A DNA stretch of 64,000 nt, taken from contig NC_057756.1 in the NCBI RefSeq assembly GCF_004010195.1, positions 2,078,020-2,142,019 on the forward strand, in the 5' to 3' direction. A program made the position numbers and the translations under genes. The stretch is from Chiloscyllium plagiosum. Its lineage: Eukaryota. The notes beneath the pieces were generated by a model. It did not search any database, had not been told where the DNA came from, and saw only the letters and a list, made by a program, of their open reading frames with translations. Numbering within the stretch: position 1 is the stretch's first letter; each line of letters starts with the position of its first letter. Of this stretch, positions 40,273 through 52,829 are shown in pieces.

Positions 40273-42426
40273 CCGCATTGTATAAGGATCACCAAATGCA
40301 GGAACAAAAATTAAATTTGTGGGTTTAATTACTGATTGTTGTTGTCCAATTATATGACATACCTGGCAAAATTAAACTCCATGCTTGAGCAGTCCAAGTC
40401 AATGATTTTTTTTAAGAGTGTTTGCGTCTCACTCCTAAATAATCCCTTGGTGGTAGCCTGTGTGCCACTCATAACCCTTCCCTTTTCTCACCCACTGGCA
40501 ATATGACTTGCTGAATGTTTGCCCATTTCTCATTTGCCTGAGTAACTGATTTTCTACGTTTCCTCATTAAGGCATCATTTTTAAGACAACAGCATTCAGA
40601 AATGCATTCAGATTCTTTGCTAAGTATTCATTTTGATGCAACTACTTTTAGTTTTTTTATCTTTCTGGTTTAACTCCATTTATTTATCTGAGCTAAAGAT
40701 GTCTGCTTTGTCATCCATCACCTCCTGGTTTGTATCTCCTCATCGGATCAAACAGGGACTCTGCTAATTCCACTTCAATTTTCTTATGTGGACTCTTAGA
40801 TCTCTTCTATTTCAACAGGTGACTTTGTTACCACATTACCACACAATCTGGAAAAGTCCCAGGATATGTGCTGCACAATTCCTGATAAAAAGATTTTGTT
40901 GGAAATTACGATTGTCCTGATCCTCCGATGCTGCCTGTGCTTTTCCAGCACGACCCCCTCGACTTTAATATCCAGCATCTGTAGGCCCTACTTCCTCCTC
41001 GTTGTCCAGCAATATTTCGCTTGCCTGAGTTTCCACTAGCTTTCCAACCAGTGCAGATAGAACTCCTTCCTGCGAACCAGCTATATGATTAATACAGGCA
41101 CATCGTATCCCTGTATCGGAGAGTTTGTCAACTACTCCTATCGTCACTTTCCCCTCTACAGCTGGACACTCTGACATCATTTAACATAATTGAGCTCTTT
41201 TCGTTTCACTGTGCATTCCCATTACTTTTTACATTTCAGGCAATAATCTTTCAGAAGTATTTATCTCCTCATCATTCATATTCACAAACTCAGAGGATCC
41301 TGTATCTCTTCATGTTATAACATCTTTGCCTGCGACTGCTGGCCGTCTTGACAGTAACTTCGCAGGTACATGTTTTGAGAAGGTCTAGCACTACCTCCTT
41401 AACCAACCTTCGACTAGCTTGTAAATTCTGGTGGAGCTTTCTTGCATGCAATGCGCTCTCCATTACCACTTCTACAGAATTCATTGGCTTAACCAAATTT
41501 CGTACATTTGAGTTCATATTACTTTTCTTAATGCACTAACACTGTGATTTCATATGGCCTATTTTATTGTATCGAAAACACTGCAGATTTTTAAACTTCT
41601 CTTTCCACTTCAAGGGTTTCCTATCCACCCTGTTGTAAGTTATGCTTATGATCGTCACCGAAATCTACTGTTCCATTTCTAAGAAACGACTTCGCTTTTC
41701 TCCAATTACCACCCCTCATGGATTGACATCGATTTCGGAAGCAAAATTTTGATTTCTGGACTTATTCATAATCATTTGCCATTTCAGCTTCTAATGACAT
41801 TTCTTGACATCTTTGCTCCCTGTTTTTCCAAACCAGTTCTCCATTCTTCAAGAAATTAATTTTTGTACTCCTATCTACGTGCCAATTTCTAAAGTTCAAA
41901 CTCACTCTCTTTCTTCCTTTCGTCTTTATCAGTTTATCTTCCTTATTTCTCTCTTTATCTCTATCGACTCTGTCGTTTACTATCTTTTAATTTGTTTTGC
42001 AAATCTGACGCACTGACTTTTTTTTTTCTCTACTTTTACTGACAATTCAAAACTCTCATTTCTGTAGCCTTTTCCTTGGCTTTTGCCTCTAACTTAAGCT
42101 GCCCAATTTTCTTTTGGATTTTACTTATTTCTGAAGATTATGAATGTGTTCCTAGAAATTTAAATGTGGAGCTATTGATCTAAATACAGGTCCTTTGATC
42201 AGGGAAGTAGGCTGCTCCAAAACCTAGTCTGTCTAAAATTCCAGCAACTTGCCCTTTATCACTATTTGTAAATGCTCCAAAGTTATCTATTCCACTCCCA
42301 GAAAACTCTTGCTTACTGATGGAGCTATTGCTATCCCAAGCACTGTTTGAAGCAACTGCAGTCAAAACGCAGAACAAAATACACTAACACCGATCACTCA
42401 CTGCCTTCAAGTCCAGCACCATTGGA

Positions 42427-42732
42427 GGCACGGTGGCTCAGTGGCTAGCACTGCTGCCTCCAGCACCAGAGTTGCAGGTTCGATTCCAACATGGGGCGAC
42501 TGTCTGTGTGGAGTTTGCACATTCTCTTCGTGTCTGCATTGGGTGTCCTCCAGACGATCCGGTTTCCTCCCGCGGTCCAAAGATGAGCAAGTCAGGTGAA
42601 TTGGCTATGCTAAATTACCCATCGTGTTAGGTGCATTCGTCAGAGGGGAATGGGTCTGGATGGGTTACTGTTTGGAGGGTCAGTTTGGGCCAAAGGGCCT
42701 GTTTCCACACTGTAGGGAATCTAATCTAATCA
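42427..42732 (+). mobile_element. HE1/V-SINE-like SINE
   Basis: GGCACGGTGGCTCAGTGG..GGTTCGATTCC A/B boxes; (AATCT)n tail. Confidence 0.9.
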
Positions 42733-43629
42733 AACTCTGATTTCAAATGGGAATTGTGGAATAAATCCCGCAAAGGCATCCCAATCCGTTATGGTCCAGG
42801 GTAGATCCCCCCCATCCCAAAACGTTTCATGAAAGTAGTCCTACCTTTGTAGTAGATCGTATTTTTTTTTCTTCTTAAAAGCAGGTACAGTGCGCTTCTT
42901 CCAGTGGTGATGCAGATGGTGAAACCTTTATTTTTTTAAACTGCACAAACTTAGTTTTCCAGATTAACAAATTAAACACAAACAGAAGAGAATAGAATAC
43001 AGAAAAAAATTCACCTACCTGAAAACCGAACATGTCAAACCAAGTTAACTATGCTTTTCAAACACTTGCAACAACCTCCTTAAACACGGATTAGCACAAA
43101 AGGTAGAATCAAAAACACGGTCTTACAAAAGATAGAGAGAGATATCAATATGGAACACGCTTTTCCATCGAACTGCTTCTTCAGTCAACAGCCTCAAACT
43201 AGTCTGACTGCGAAAAACATTAGAAACAAAAGAAAAGCTGAGTATGGGGAATTGGCTGTTATTTATTCTTAGTGCATTTTTTTTAACATGAAAGGCTTTT
43301 GTGTGAGGCAGTATCTGTTAATTATAATCAAATCGGCCCTAAATACCACCGATCCAATCCAAGCTAGGCTTTATGAAACAACTTCCACGCAATCCTCTGA
43401 AAAGCAAATAAACATAAGGACAACATAACCTTATTATCGGAGCAGCATCACCGAGTTACTAAGTATTAAGTTCCTTCTCGTAACATTTACGAGAAAGCCA
43501 AAACTCTACTGCAATTCTGCTACAATTGGACAAGTTGTTGATGAACCCAAACGTTGATTGTTGTGCGCAGTTCTGTTGTCCGTTCTTAACAATGAATATG
43601 TTGGTTTTGGAGGAGTTGCAGATGACGTC

Positions 43630-44075
43630 CAATGGGTTGATTCTGGAGGTGAGGAGAGGTTGAGGTGCCTGGGACTGCACTCACTAAAATTTCGAAGAAT
43701 AAGAGGGGCATGTATAGAAAGAGATAAAATTAAGGAAGGCAGAAGTACGATAGAGGCAGGCAAGTTGTTTCCACTGCTGGGTAAGTCCACGACTGGGAGA
43801 CATGGCCTCAGTATTAGTGGGCTAGATTTAGGACAGCGATGAGAAGGAACTGCGTTTCCAAGACAGTAGTCATCCATGGAATTCTCCACTCAATGCAACA
43901 ATAGAAGCAAGTTCCTTAAATATATTCAAGACACGTTTGAATGTTTTATTTTCATTGGTTGTAGAATTAGGGGTCACGGGGACAATGCAGGGAGGAGAAG
44001 CTGAGATAATGCATAGTTCTGCCATCGTCATAATGAATGGCAGAACAGGCGTGAAGGGTGAAATTCTATTAGTAT
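43630..44075 (+). mobile_element. CR1 3' fragment
   Basis: EERLRCLGLHSLKFRRIRG..LFPL..TGRHGL. Confidence 0.8.
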
Positions 44076-44401
44076 GAAACCACAAAACTATAGCATTGAC
44101 CATTGATTGACAAAGAAGGTCGGTGGCACTGCACCATTAGTCAACGTATACAAAGCATCTTTTTTTGTTTCAGCAGGCAATGATTAGCTATGATGCACGC
44201 ACGCAGAGTTTATTAGTTTTTGTCCATTCACATTTGACGCATTTCACGTGTAAATAGACACGATAATTACGTGTAATAATGCTGAAGGAAAATATCTGAT
44301 TTTTGAGCCATAAATTATGACATAGTGAATAATCTTTAAAAGCAAGCACACAAATGTTATAATTCTCCTGATGTACGCTTCGTTTCAATGAATTTCGATA
44401 G

Positions 44402-44476
44402 GTTATCGTAAATGCAATGTGTTTGGAATGTTTACAACAATGTTACGAATCGTTTCTAGTTCAAAAACACAAGAAG
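44402..44476 (+). CDS. SMCR8-like exon VIVNAMCLECLQQCYESFLVQKHKK
   Basis: Phase 0 to 0, AAG|GTGAGC donor, gap-free register with LCYLLTSQIDRALLKQQH. Confidence 0.65.
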
Positions 44477-44720
44477 GTGAGCTGTTGGAACGAGTAATTC
44501 GATTCTTACAGAATGCAGCATACGTTACAAGACCTTTGTGTTCGCAACTTTTGAAAGCCTTTACTGTTCTTTGTTTTGAAAGATTAATTTTGATATCGGC
44601 ATTGAATGTTCGAAGACACATGGCCATTTGAACTTGCTGTCACACTTTAATATTGCAAAGTGTAATATTGTCAATGATAAAAATCAAATGGGCATATCAA
44701 AATAGGGATTTCTTGAACAG

Positions 44721-45066
44721 AACCCATGGAAATAGATACCTTTCTGGATTCTGAAGACCAGTTAATTTCCAGTCAGCTGGCTGCACATCATTAGTAAACA
44801 TTTGGCCGTTAAGTTTCTCAGGATATGTGTCGCAGTACCGCTCGTTTCTTTAGTAACGAAGAAATAGTGCATTGGTGATGCAACTAAAAGCTGACTGCAG
44901 ATTTGGAATGGGTGAACTTGACTTCAACCAAAGGGTGAACAAATGATTGAACACTTTGATTTAACGTCACACATTCTGTTTGTTTATGTAGCGTATGTAG
45001 CTGATGCAGCTTATGTAGCTTTCCCCTGTTGCAATTCTGCATACCATGACTACTTGTACGCCCTAA
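44721..45066 (+). pseudogene. SMCR8-like core-DENN exon with six in-frame stops
   Basis: KHLAVKFLRICVAVP vs EAIVRKLVTALAIFVP; LQIWNG*T*LQ vs FQKWKLIGLQ; EHFDLTSHIL vs SILDLDNKTL; the 3' boundary is tentative. Confidence 0.55.
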
Positions 45067-45329
45067 GTAACGGGAATGTAATTAGAACATATTTGAAGTA
45101 AAATGCGTATTATTAGGTCATAGCTATTAGCTAATTGTACTGTAACTTTTAACATGACTTGACATGTTGTTTAGCCGTTTCTTTGCAATTCTAATTTTAT
45201 TTTATTAAATAGACAAGGAAGCTATTTTCTCCAAATGAAGAAATACTCAGTCTACCCCAATGATCATTCCAAGGTTTGCTGTGCATTCAGAATAAGAATA
45301 TTGAAGATATTACTCAAGCCATAATTCAT

Positions 45330-46212
45330 CCACCATTTGTGCTATATCAAGTCAAATGTCACCATGAGACGCATTCCCCTCTTCTAATCATTCTGGAGGG
45401 ACCACTTCCCTGCTGGATGACTTGGTCGACATCTTCTCTACATTTGCACCTCCCCATACTCCCAAGTCACCTTGCCTGGCAGTAGCTTAACGTGGAACAC
45501 CTGATCAGTTTATTTAACCCCCTTTAATACCAAAGTGCCCAGTAATATTTTCCATGTAAAGTTGCGTTTTACCTGCCCTCAGGTTAATCTATTCTACTGT
45601 ATGCACTGCTCACAGTACAGTCACCTCTGCAATGAGACTAGCAGACTAGTTGACAGCATTTCAGAACACCTACGTTCTGACCGCAGAAACGTTCCTGCAT
45701 TTCTAGTTGCCTGCCACTTCAGCACAGAACAATGTACCTTGGTCGACTTCTCTGTCTCGGACTTGTTGAAAAAACCCTTCTACGTTCAGTGCAAGCTGCA
45801 AGGGCAGCACTTCATTTTCGGATTAGAAAGCCTGCAACTCGTTGCTCTCAATATCTCAATTACTTCTTGTGTATCTTCTACCATGTGAGCACTTAATCCA
45901 TACACACCAGGCCTTCTAAACACATGACATGCTATCTTACTGAGCTCATTTTATGCCACCAATGGCCTTCAGTACCAGCTATTCATTGTTGCATACAAAC
46001 ATTTACCCACTTCTTCGTCTGCCCAACTATTGTTTTCTGACTTACTGGACCCATTCTCCACTTATCACTTATTCCATCGTATTTCAAGTCGAATGTAGTC
46101 TGATATATCAAACTTTTCCTGGCTTTAATCAGGTCGAAAGGTGTGAAAACCGAAACATTAAGTCTTCATTTAGTCTAGACGTACTAAGTGTTTGAGATAT
46201 TTCTGTTTCTGC
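45330..46212 (+). mobile_element. Decayed Penelope-like element (GIY-YIG endonuclease region)
   Basis: ORF 45535..45888 FTCPQVNLFYCMHCSQ..ETSRLVDSISEHLRS..VACHF. Confidence 0.75.
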
Positions 46213-46355
46213 TGCCATTGGCCATAGCTGTCGACATTGTCAGTAGAATGTACCAAAGGCATACTACTATGGAATAACACATTTTTCTTACGTTAAAAAA
46301 AAATACACTTCATCCACGACATCGCAGAAATTTCATATACTTAACTCTGTTCCAG

Positions 46356-46592
46356 AAAATCATAGGAAAAGTTCAGGAATAAAAATCTAGGATTGGACAA
46401 ATAACACTCATCTGTGAACAATGCGCTGCAGGAAATAATAAGAAATGAAATGATGGACAAGATTCTTTATCAGCTCAAATCTATGTTGGAAAGAAATGGA
46501 AATCTCAAGATATAAAGGTTGGAACAGACACGAAAACAAAACGATTCGATTCTGGATATTTCAAATGTTTCACCATTGTCCTTTCTTCTTAG
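46356..46592 (+). pseudogene. SMCR8-like terminal exon (frameshifted)
   Basis: CTCTGTTCCAG acceptor; ILYQLKSMLER vs YYLHVQSMLTQ in one frame, SQDIKV...KRFDSGYFKCFTIVLSS* in another; polyA signals follow. Confidence 0.55.
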
Positions 46593-47726
46593 ATCTTTAT
46601 TGTTTTCCTATTAAGTGCACAGTCCTAAAATCGAATTCGCCGACAGTTCCACACAATATGCCAATTAACTTCTAAATGGAAATATTTTGTTGGTTCTAAT
46701 GATTCGAATAAACATATCAACATATATGTAGGAGATAGATTCTAAATCAGAAATAAAGTTTTGATTTGATTTGCTCATTTTATTGTCTTAATATAATACT
46801 TTTGAACTTGACTTAATTAAACTCTGAATGCACAATAGCAATTGTCAGTTCTATTTCAAAAGCAATGGTGTCAACCAATGCAAAGCGTTGATTTGCTGAC
46901 AATCAACATTTGTTTCTCTTCTATTCTTAACGAACTGTACACAATCTGGTAACTTGCTTAATTATGCATGAACACCTAGAACTGGAATTTAAGTAACTGA
47001 CAAAGAAAATGATGAGGACCAGAGGGGCAGCCGGGAAGGATAGTAGTGAGCATAAATTCTCACCCTTCGAAGCCAACGGCCATTTTGAGTGCGAGCAGCA
47101 GCGGAGGTAAGACGAACCCGAAAGACTGCAGCAAAGATAAGGCAGTTTTTTTTAAAACAATTACCTACGGGTAGCGGGCAGCAGTATTATCCCTTTCACA
47201 GAAGGAGCGGGAGCAGCGGAGGTAGTGACGAGAACCAGAAGGACAGCTGGGAAGGAAAGCAGTGACCATATATATCAGCAAGGCGGCTAGACACGAGATT
47301 CTAGAACTCTTGTGTCTCCCACCGCCCTCCTCCTCTAACCTAGTTAATAAGATAAGGTTCATTCTAAACTTCGACTATTGAACATAAGTTTGTTATTAAT
47401 TTTATAGCAACTTGAACTAAGCTTTCTACTTTAGTACTGAGTGGGTGTTCAGATAAGTCGGGTATGGATGCTAAGGCAGTTGCATGCTCCTCCTGCAGAA
47501 TGTGGCAGGTGGGAGACATGGCACACGTCTCCGCTGACTACATCTGCGGGAAGTGCACCCAACTGCATCTCCTTGAAAACCGTGTCAGGGAATTGGAGCT
47601 GGAGCTCGATGAACTACGGATCATTCAGGAGGCTGAGGGGCTAATTGAGATGAGTTACCGGGAGTTGGACACTCGTAAGGCTCAGGACAAGGATAGATGG
47701 GTAACAGTTAGGGGGAGGAGAAAGTG

Positions 47727-48292
47727 AGGTCTGCAGATGCTGGAGATCAAAGTTGAAACTTTATTGCTGAACAGCACAGCAGGTCAGGCAGCATCCAGGG
47801 AACAGGAGATTCGACGTTTCGGGCACAGGCCCTTCCTCAGGAATGAGCAGAGAGTGTTCAGCAGGAGAAGATAAAAGGTAGGGAGGAGGGACTTGGAGGA
47901 GGGGAGTTGGAAATGTGATAGGTGGAAAGAGGTCAACGTGTGGGTGATAGGTCGGAGTAGGATGGAGGCGGAGAGGTCAACAGTCTCGGACTCCTCCCTC
48001 CCCTTCCTAGACCTTTCTGTTTCTATCTCAGGCGACCGAATCAACACGGACATCTACTACAAACCAACCGACTCCCACAGCTACCTGGACTACACCACCT
48101 CCCATCCTGCCCCCTGTAAAAACGCCATCCCATTCTCCCAAATCCTTCGTCTCCGCCGCATCTGCTCCCAGGAGGACCAGTCCAAAATACGTACAACACA
48201 GATGGCCCCCTTCGCCAAGGACCGCAATTTCCCCCCCGACGCGGTCGACGGTGCCCTCCACCGCATCTCCTCCACTTCCCGCTCCCCCGCCC
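47727..48292. mobile_element. Young Penelope-like insertion (inverted terminal repeat plus RT C-terminus) inside CR1 ORF1
   Basis: SLPFLDL..TDIYYKPTDSHSYLDYTTSHP..AIPFSQILRLRRICS; runs into the assembly gap. Confidence 0.9.
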
Positions 48293-48570
48293 NNNNNNNN
48301 NNNNNNNNNNNNNNNNNNNNNNNNNNNNNNNNNNNNNNNNNNNNNNNNNNNNNNNNNNNNNNNNNNNNNNNNNNNNNNNNNNNNNNNNNNNNNNNNNNNN
48401 NNNNNNNNNNNNNNNNNNNNNNNNNNNNNNNNNNNNNNNNNNNNNNNNNNNNNNNNNNNNNNNNNNNNNNNNNNNNNNNNNNNNNNNNNNNNNNNNNNNN
48501 NNNNNNNNNNNNNNNNNNNNNNNNNNNNNNNNNNNNNNNNNNNNNNNNNNNNNNNNNNNNNNNNNNNNNN
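48293..48570. other. Assembly gap (N run)
   Basis: Direct reading. Confidence 1.
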
Positions 48571-51500
48571 CTCTAGTTTACTACCGGTGCCACGAGATAG
48601 CGAGGCGAGGAACAGGGAGCGGGCACACCTTAACACGTGGCTGCGCAGCTGGTGTAGGAGGGAGGGCTTCAGATATGTAGTTAATTGGGATGCCTTCTGG
48701 GGAAGGTGGGACGGTACAAGAAGGACGTGTTGCATCTTAACTGGAAGGGGACCAATGTCCTGGGTGGAAGGTTTGCTCGAGTCGTTCGAGAAGGTTTAAA
48801 CTAGTATGGCAGTGGGGTGGAAACCTGAGCTGTATACCGGAGGTGAGAGTTGATGCAGATGAGGCAAAAGCAAGAGGTAGACCAGCTAGTGGGAAGGAAC
48901 CAAGGGATCAGTTAAAGTCTGTTTGCTTTAACTCAAGGAGTATCAGGAATGAAAGTGATGAACTTAGAGCATGGATCAGTACCTGGTGCTATGATGTTGT
49001 GGTCATAACAGAGACATGGGTTTCTCAGAGGCAGGAATAGTTGCTGGATTTTCCAGGGATTAGAACATTTAAAAAGAATGGGGGGTGGGTGGGGGGAGAG
49101 GAGGGGGTGTAGCACTACTAATCAGATAGGGTATCACAACTGCAGAAGCTTCCATTGTCGACGAAGATCTGCCGACCGAGTCAGTATAGGTGGAAATATG
49201 GAACAGCAAGGGAGCAGTCACCTCGTTAGGGGTTTACTTCAGGTCCCCCAATAGCAGCAGGGAGATGGAAGAAAGCATAGGTCAGCAGATTTTGGAAAAG
49301 CGTGGACATAGTAGGGTTGTTGTAATGGGTGATTTTAACTTTCCCAATATTCATTGGAACCTCCTTCGAGCAGAAGATTTGAACGGAGCTGTTTTTGTAA
49401 GGTGTGTGCAGGAGGGTTTCCTAACTCAGTACGTTGACAGGCCGAAGAGGGGAGAGGCCATTATAGACTCGGTGCTCGGAAACGAGTCGGGGCAAGTATC
49501 AGATCTTGTGGTGGGAGAGCGTTTTGGTGATATTGACCACAACTGCCTCACATTCGACATAGCTAAGGAGAAGGAGAGAATTAGGCAAAATTGAGGTTAT
49601 TTAATTGGGGAAGAGGATACTATGATACGATTAGAAATGAGTTAGGGAGCATGGATTGGGAGCAATTGTTCCATGGTAAAGGCACTATAGATATATGGAG
49701 ACTGTTTAAGGAAAAGTTGTTGCAAGTGATGAATAAATATGTCCCTCTGAGACAGGCAAAAAGTGGTAAGTTAAAGGAACCTTGGATGACGAAAGCGGTG
49801 GAGCTTCTAGTCAAAAGGAAGAAGGTACCTTACATAAGGTGGAGGAAGCTAGGGTCAAGCTCAGCTATAGAGGATTACAGGAAAGCGAGGAAGGAGCTCA
49901 AAAATGCTCTGAGGAGAGACAGGAGGGGGCACGACAAAGGCTTGGCAGATCGGATTAGGGAGAACACAAAGGCATTTTACACTTATGTGAGGAATAAGAG
50001 AATGGTCAAAGAAAGAGTAGGGCCGATCAGTGACAGCATAGGGAATTTGTTTGTGGAGTCTGGGGAGGTAGGGGAAGCCCTCAATGAGTTTTTTGCTTCA
50101 GTCTTTGCGAAATAAACGAACTTTGTAGTGAATGAAACCTTTGAAGAGCAGGTCAGCATGCTGGAATGGATAGAGATAGAGGAAGCTTCTGTGCTGAAAA
50201 TTTTGTCAAACATTAAGATTGACAAGTCGCAAGGGCCGGACCAGATTTGTCCTCGGCTGCTTTGGGAAACGAGAAATTTGATTTCTTCGCTACTTGCGAA
50301 GATATTTGCATCCTCGCTCTCCACTTGAGTCGTTCCAGAGGACTGGTGAGAGGCAAATGTAGTTCCTCTCTTCAAGAAAGAAAATAGGGAAATTCCTAGC
50401 AATTACAGACCAGTAAATCTCACGTCTGTTGTCTGCAAGGTGTTAGAAAGTATTCTAAGGGATAGGATTTATGACCATCTGGAAGAGCATGGCTTGATTA
50501 AATGCAGTCAACACGGCTTTGTGAGGGGCAGGTCATGCCTCACAATCCTTATCGAGTTCTTTGAGGATGTGACTAGAAAAGTTGATGAGGGTCGAGCTGT
50601 GGATGTGGTGCATGTTGATTTCAGCAAGGCATTTGATAAGGTTCCCCATGTTAGACTCATTCAGAAGGTCAGGAGGAATGGGATACTGGGGAACTTAGCT
50701 GTCTGGATATAAAATTGGCTGGCCAACAGAAGACAGCGAGTGGTAGTAGAAGGAAAATATTCGGCCTAGAAGTCTGTGGTGAGTGGTGTTCCACAGTGAT
50801 CTGTCCATGGGCCTCTATTGTTTGTAATTTTTATTAATGACTTGGATGAGGGGATTGAAGGATGGTTCAGCAAGTTAGCAGACGACATAAAGGTTGGAGG
50901 TGTCGTTGACAGTACAGAGGACTATTGTAGGCTGCAGCGGGACATTGACAGGATGCAGAGATGGGCTGAGAGGTGACAGATGGACTCCAACCTGGATAAA
51001 TGCGAGGTGATGCATTTTGGAAGGTCGAATTTGAAAGCTGAGTACTAGTTTAGGGATAGGATTCTTGGCAGTGTGGATGAACAGACAGATCTTGGTATGC
51101 AGGTACATAGATCCCTTAAAATGGCCACCCAAGTGGACAGGGTTGTTAAGAAAACATGTGGTGTTTTGGCTTTCATCAACATGGGGGTTAAGAGTCGTGA
51201 GAACTTGTTGCAGCTCTATAAAGTTTTGTTGAGACCGCACTTGGAATACTGCGTTCAGTTCTGGTCGCCCTATTATAGGAAAGATGTGAATGTTTTGGAG
51301 AGGGTTCAGAGTAGGTTTGCCAGGATTCTGCCTGGACTGGAGGGCTTATCTTAAGAAGAGAGTTTGACTGAGCTCGGACTTACTTCATTGGAGAAAAGGA
51401 GGAGGAGAGGGGACCGAATTGAGGTATACAAGATATTGAGAGGCAGAGATAGAGTCGATAACCAGAGACTATTTCCCAGGGCAGAAATGACTAACACGAG

Positions 51501-52829
51501 GGATCACAGTTTTAAGCTGGTTGGAGGAAAGTATAGAGGGGATGTCAGAGGCGGGTTCTTTACACAGAGAGTTGTGAGAGCATGGAATGCGTTGCCAGCA
51601 ACAGTTGTGGAAGCAAGGTCATTGGGGACATTTAAGAGACTACTGGACATGCATATTGTCACAGAAATTTGAGGGTGCATACATGAGGATCAGTGGTCGG
51701 CACAACATCATGGGCTGAAGGGCCTGTTCTGTGCTGTACTGTTCTATTTTCTATGTTCTATGTTCTATGCAATGTTAGGAATTCACGAGCCCACTCACTT
51801 TCTCCAAAACAACAATTTTGTTTTAAGAAAAACAAATACCTTTCTCCTTTTTTTCTTGCAAACTTTCTTCTATTAAAATTAAACACATTTAAAATGTATT
51901 TGCATAGTTTACATATTATTGTATTATTGATTAATAGTCTAGATAGCATCATCGCAAGAAATCCGTTTAAAAAAGTCTTTTGTTTGTAATCGGTTCTGTC
52001 AAGTAGTTTTATATACGGAATGGGATGTTGTATGTTTTGAAGAAGACTTTTCGAGGGATTTTGAGACTTAAAATTCGAGTTAACAGGGAAAAAGCAAGAA
52101 GAAATGTCTTGACATAGTTACTGATGTTTGCTGCGTATATTTTACTGATATAATTGTTTTATCATAAGTAAACAATTCGAGGCCTTATGTCTCTGCTAAT
52201 GGTCGAGATTTGCACAGATGTGATGCAAAATAATCACCTATTTGTGGCAAATAAGTTTACCTCCTGATTACTTATAAAATACAGAGGAAACCAACATGAA
52301 CTCTAAAGAAATGCGAATGCTTTGCTTTGTTTAATAATAAAAAGAAATATTGCGTAAAATTCTTCTTAGGTAAAATCGTACAGCTCGTTTAAAACACGTT
52401 CGATAGCTATACATTCAGAACTTAAACAACAGATCGACAGAAAGGCCGACACACGCTATAATCGCCCTAAAAGTGAAGTGCAATTGTAGGTTTAATTTGA
52501 TTTGAAAATATAATAAGGACACAAAAATACCGAGGCATTGAAAACCAATGCTACCTGCAAAAACAAGTGAAACAGATAATCATATCCATAACATTGAACG
52601 TTGAAAAGGTTTCCACTGGATATATGTTTTAAATATGCATCGGAGATGTAACACGTGACATAGGGATAAATTTTATGTCATCTGAATATTTCGATAATTG
52701 TTGAATAAATAAGCTGCAGCATCTAAACACTGAGAAACAGGGGTCTCAAAAGCAAAATATAAAAGAACATTTAGCATTGCAAGACTTAAGCACTTCCTTC
52801 TTCCTAATAACGCATTAGCCACAGATACA

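Larger units (their letters stand above)
37020..43450 (-). mobile_element. Near-complete decayed Gmr1-type Gypsy element inside an SMCR8-like intron
   Basis: IDVLVIF..WKEHLQ..KAGLVINVA RT; FNPFQFHFGHEV integrase upstream of RT; gag remnants ~41300-42100; LTR-like ends ~37020-37480 and ~42790-43440. Confidence 0.8.
23850..46757 (+). pseudogene. SMCR8-like: Divergent, intron-rich SMCR8-like (FLCN/SMCR8 longin-DENN family) gene with stops and frameshifts
   Basis: Exons: ~23850-23930 (non-coding), 24685-24701 (ATG 24688), 24783-24845, 27885-27903, 28619-28680, 28730-28787, 32591-32712, 36742-36904, 44402-44476, 44721-~45066, 46356-46592 (stop); AATAAA at 46707 and 46752. Colinear matches to human SMCR8: HSEW..IIGTCPEVIIKP vs ISEFSEQVGPQPLLTIP; DYTSITILN vs NYFSLRIMS; FC/AVISGNPN vs FCMAYISADQH; KSLKTFQDSSPDPIFDNWIRQV vs KKLKTLEELCDTEYFTQTLAQL; MCLECLQQCYESFLVQKH vs LCYLLTSQIDRALLKQQH; LQIW..LQ vs FQKWKLIGLQ; terminal RFDSGYFKCFTI vs RFDYVPSFLYKI. 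Confidence 0.75.
47020..51768 (+). mobile_element. Near full-length CR1 LINE (ORF1 zinc finger/esterase; ORF2 EN and RT) with stops
   Basis: ORF1 CSSC..CGKC plus coiled coil at 47464; LNTWLRSWCRREGF esterase; ITETW and MGDFNFP endonuclease; DFSKAFDKV RT; (TATGTTC)n tail. Confidence 0.95.

Noticed and set aside
47893..48799. Long ORFs of 182-235 aa
   Set aside because: Artefacts of translating through the N gap; the real parts are Penelope RT and CR1 ORF1.
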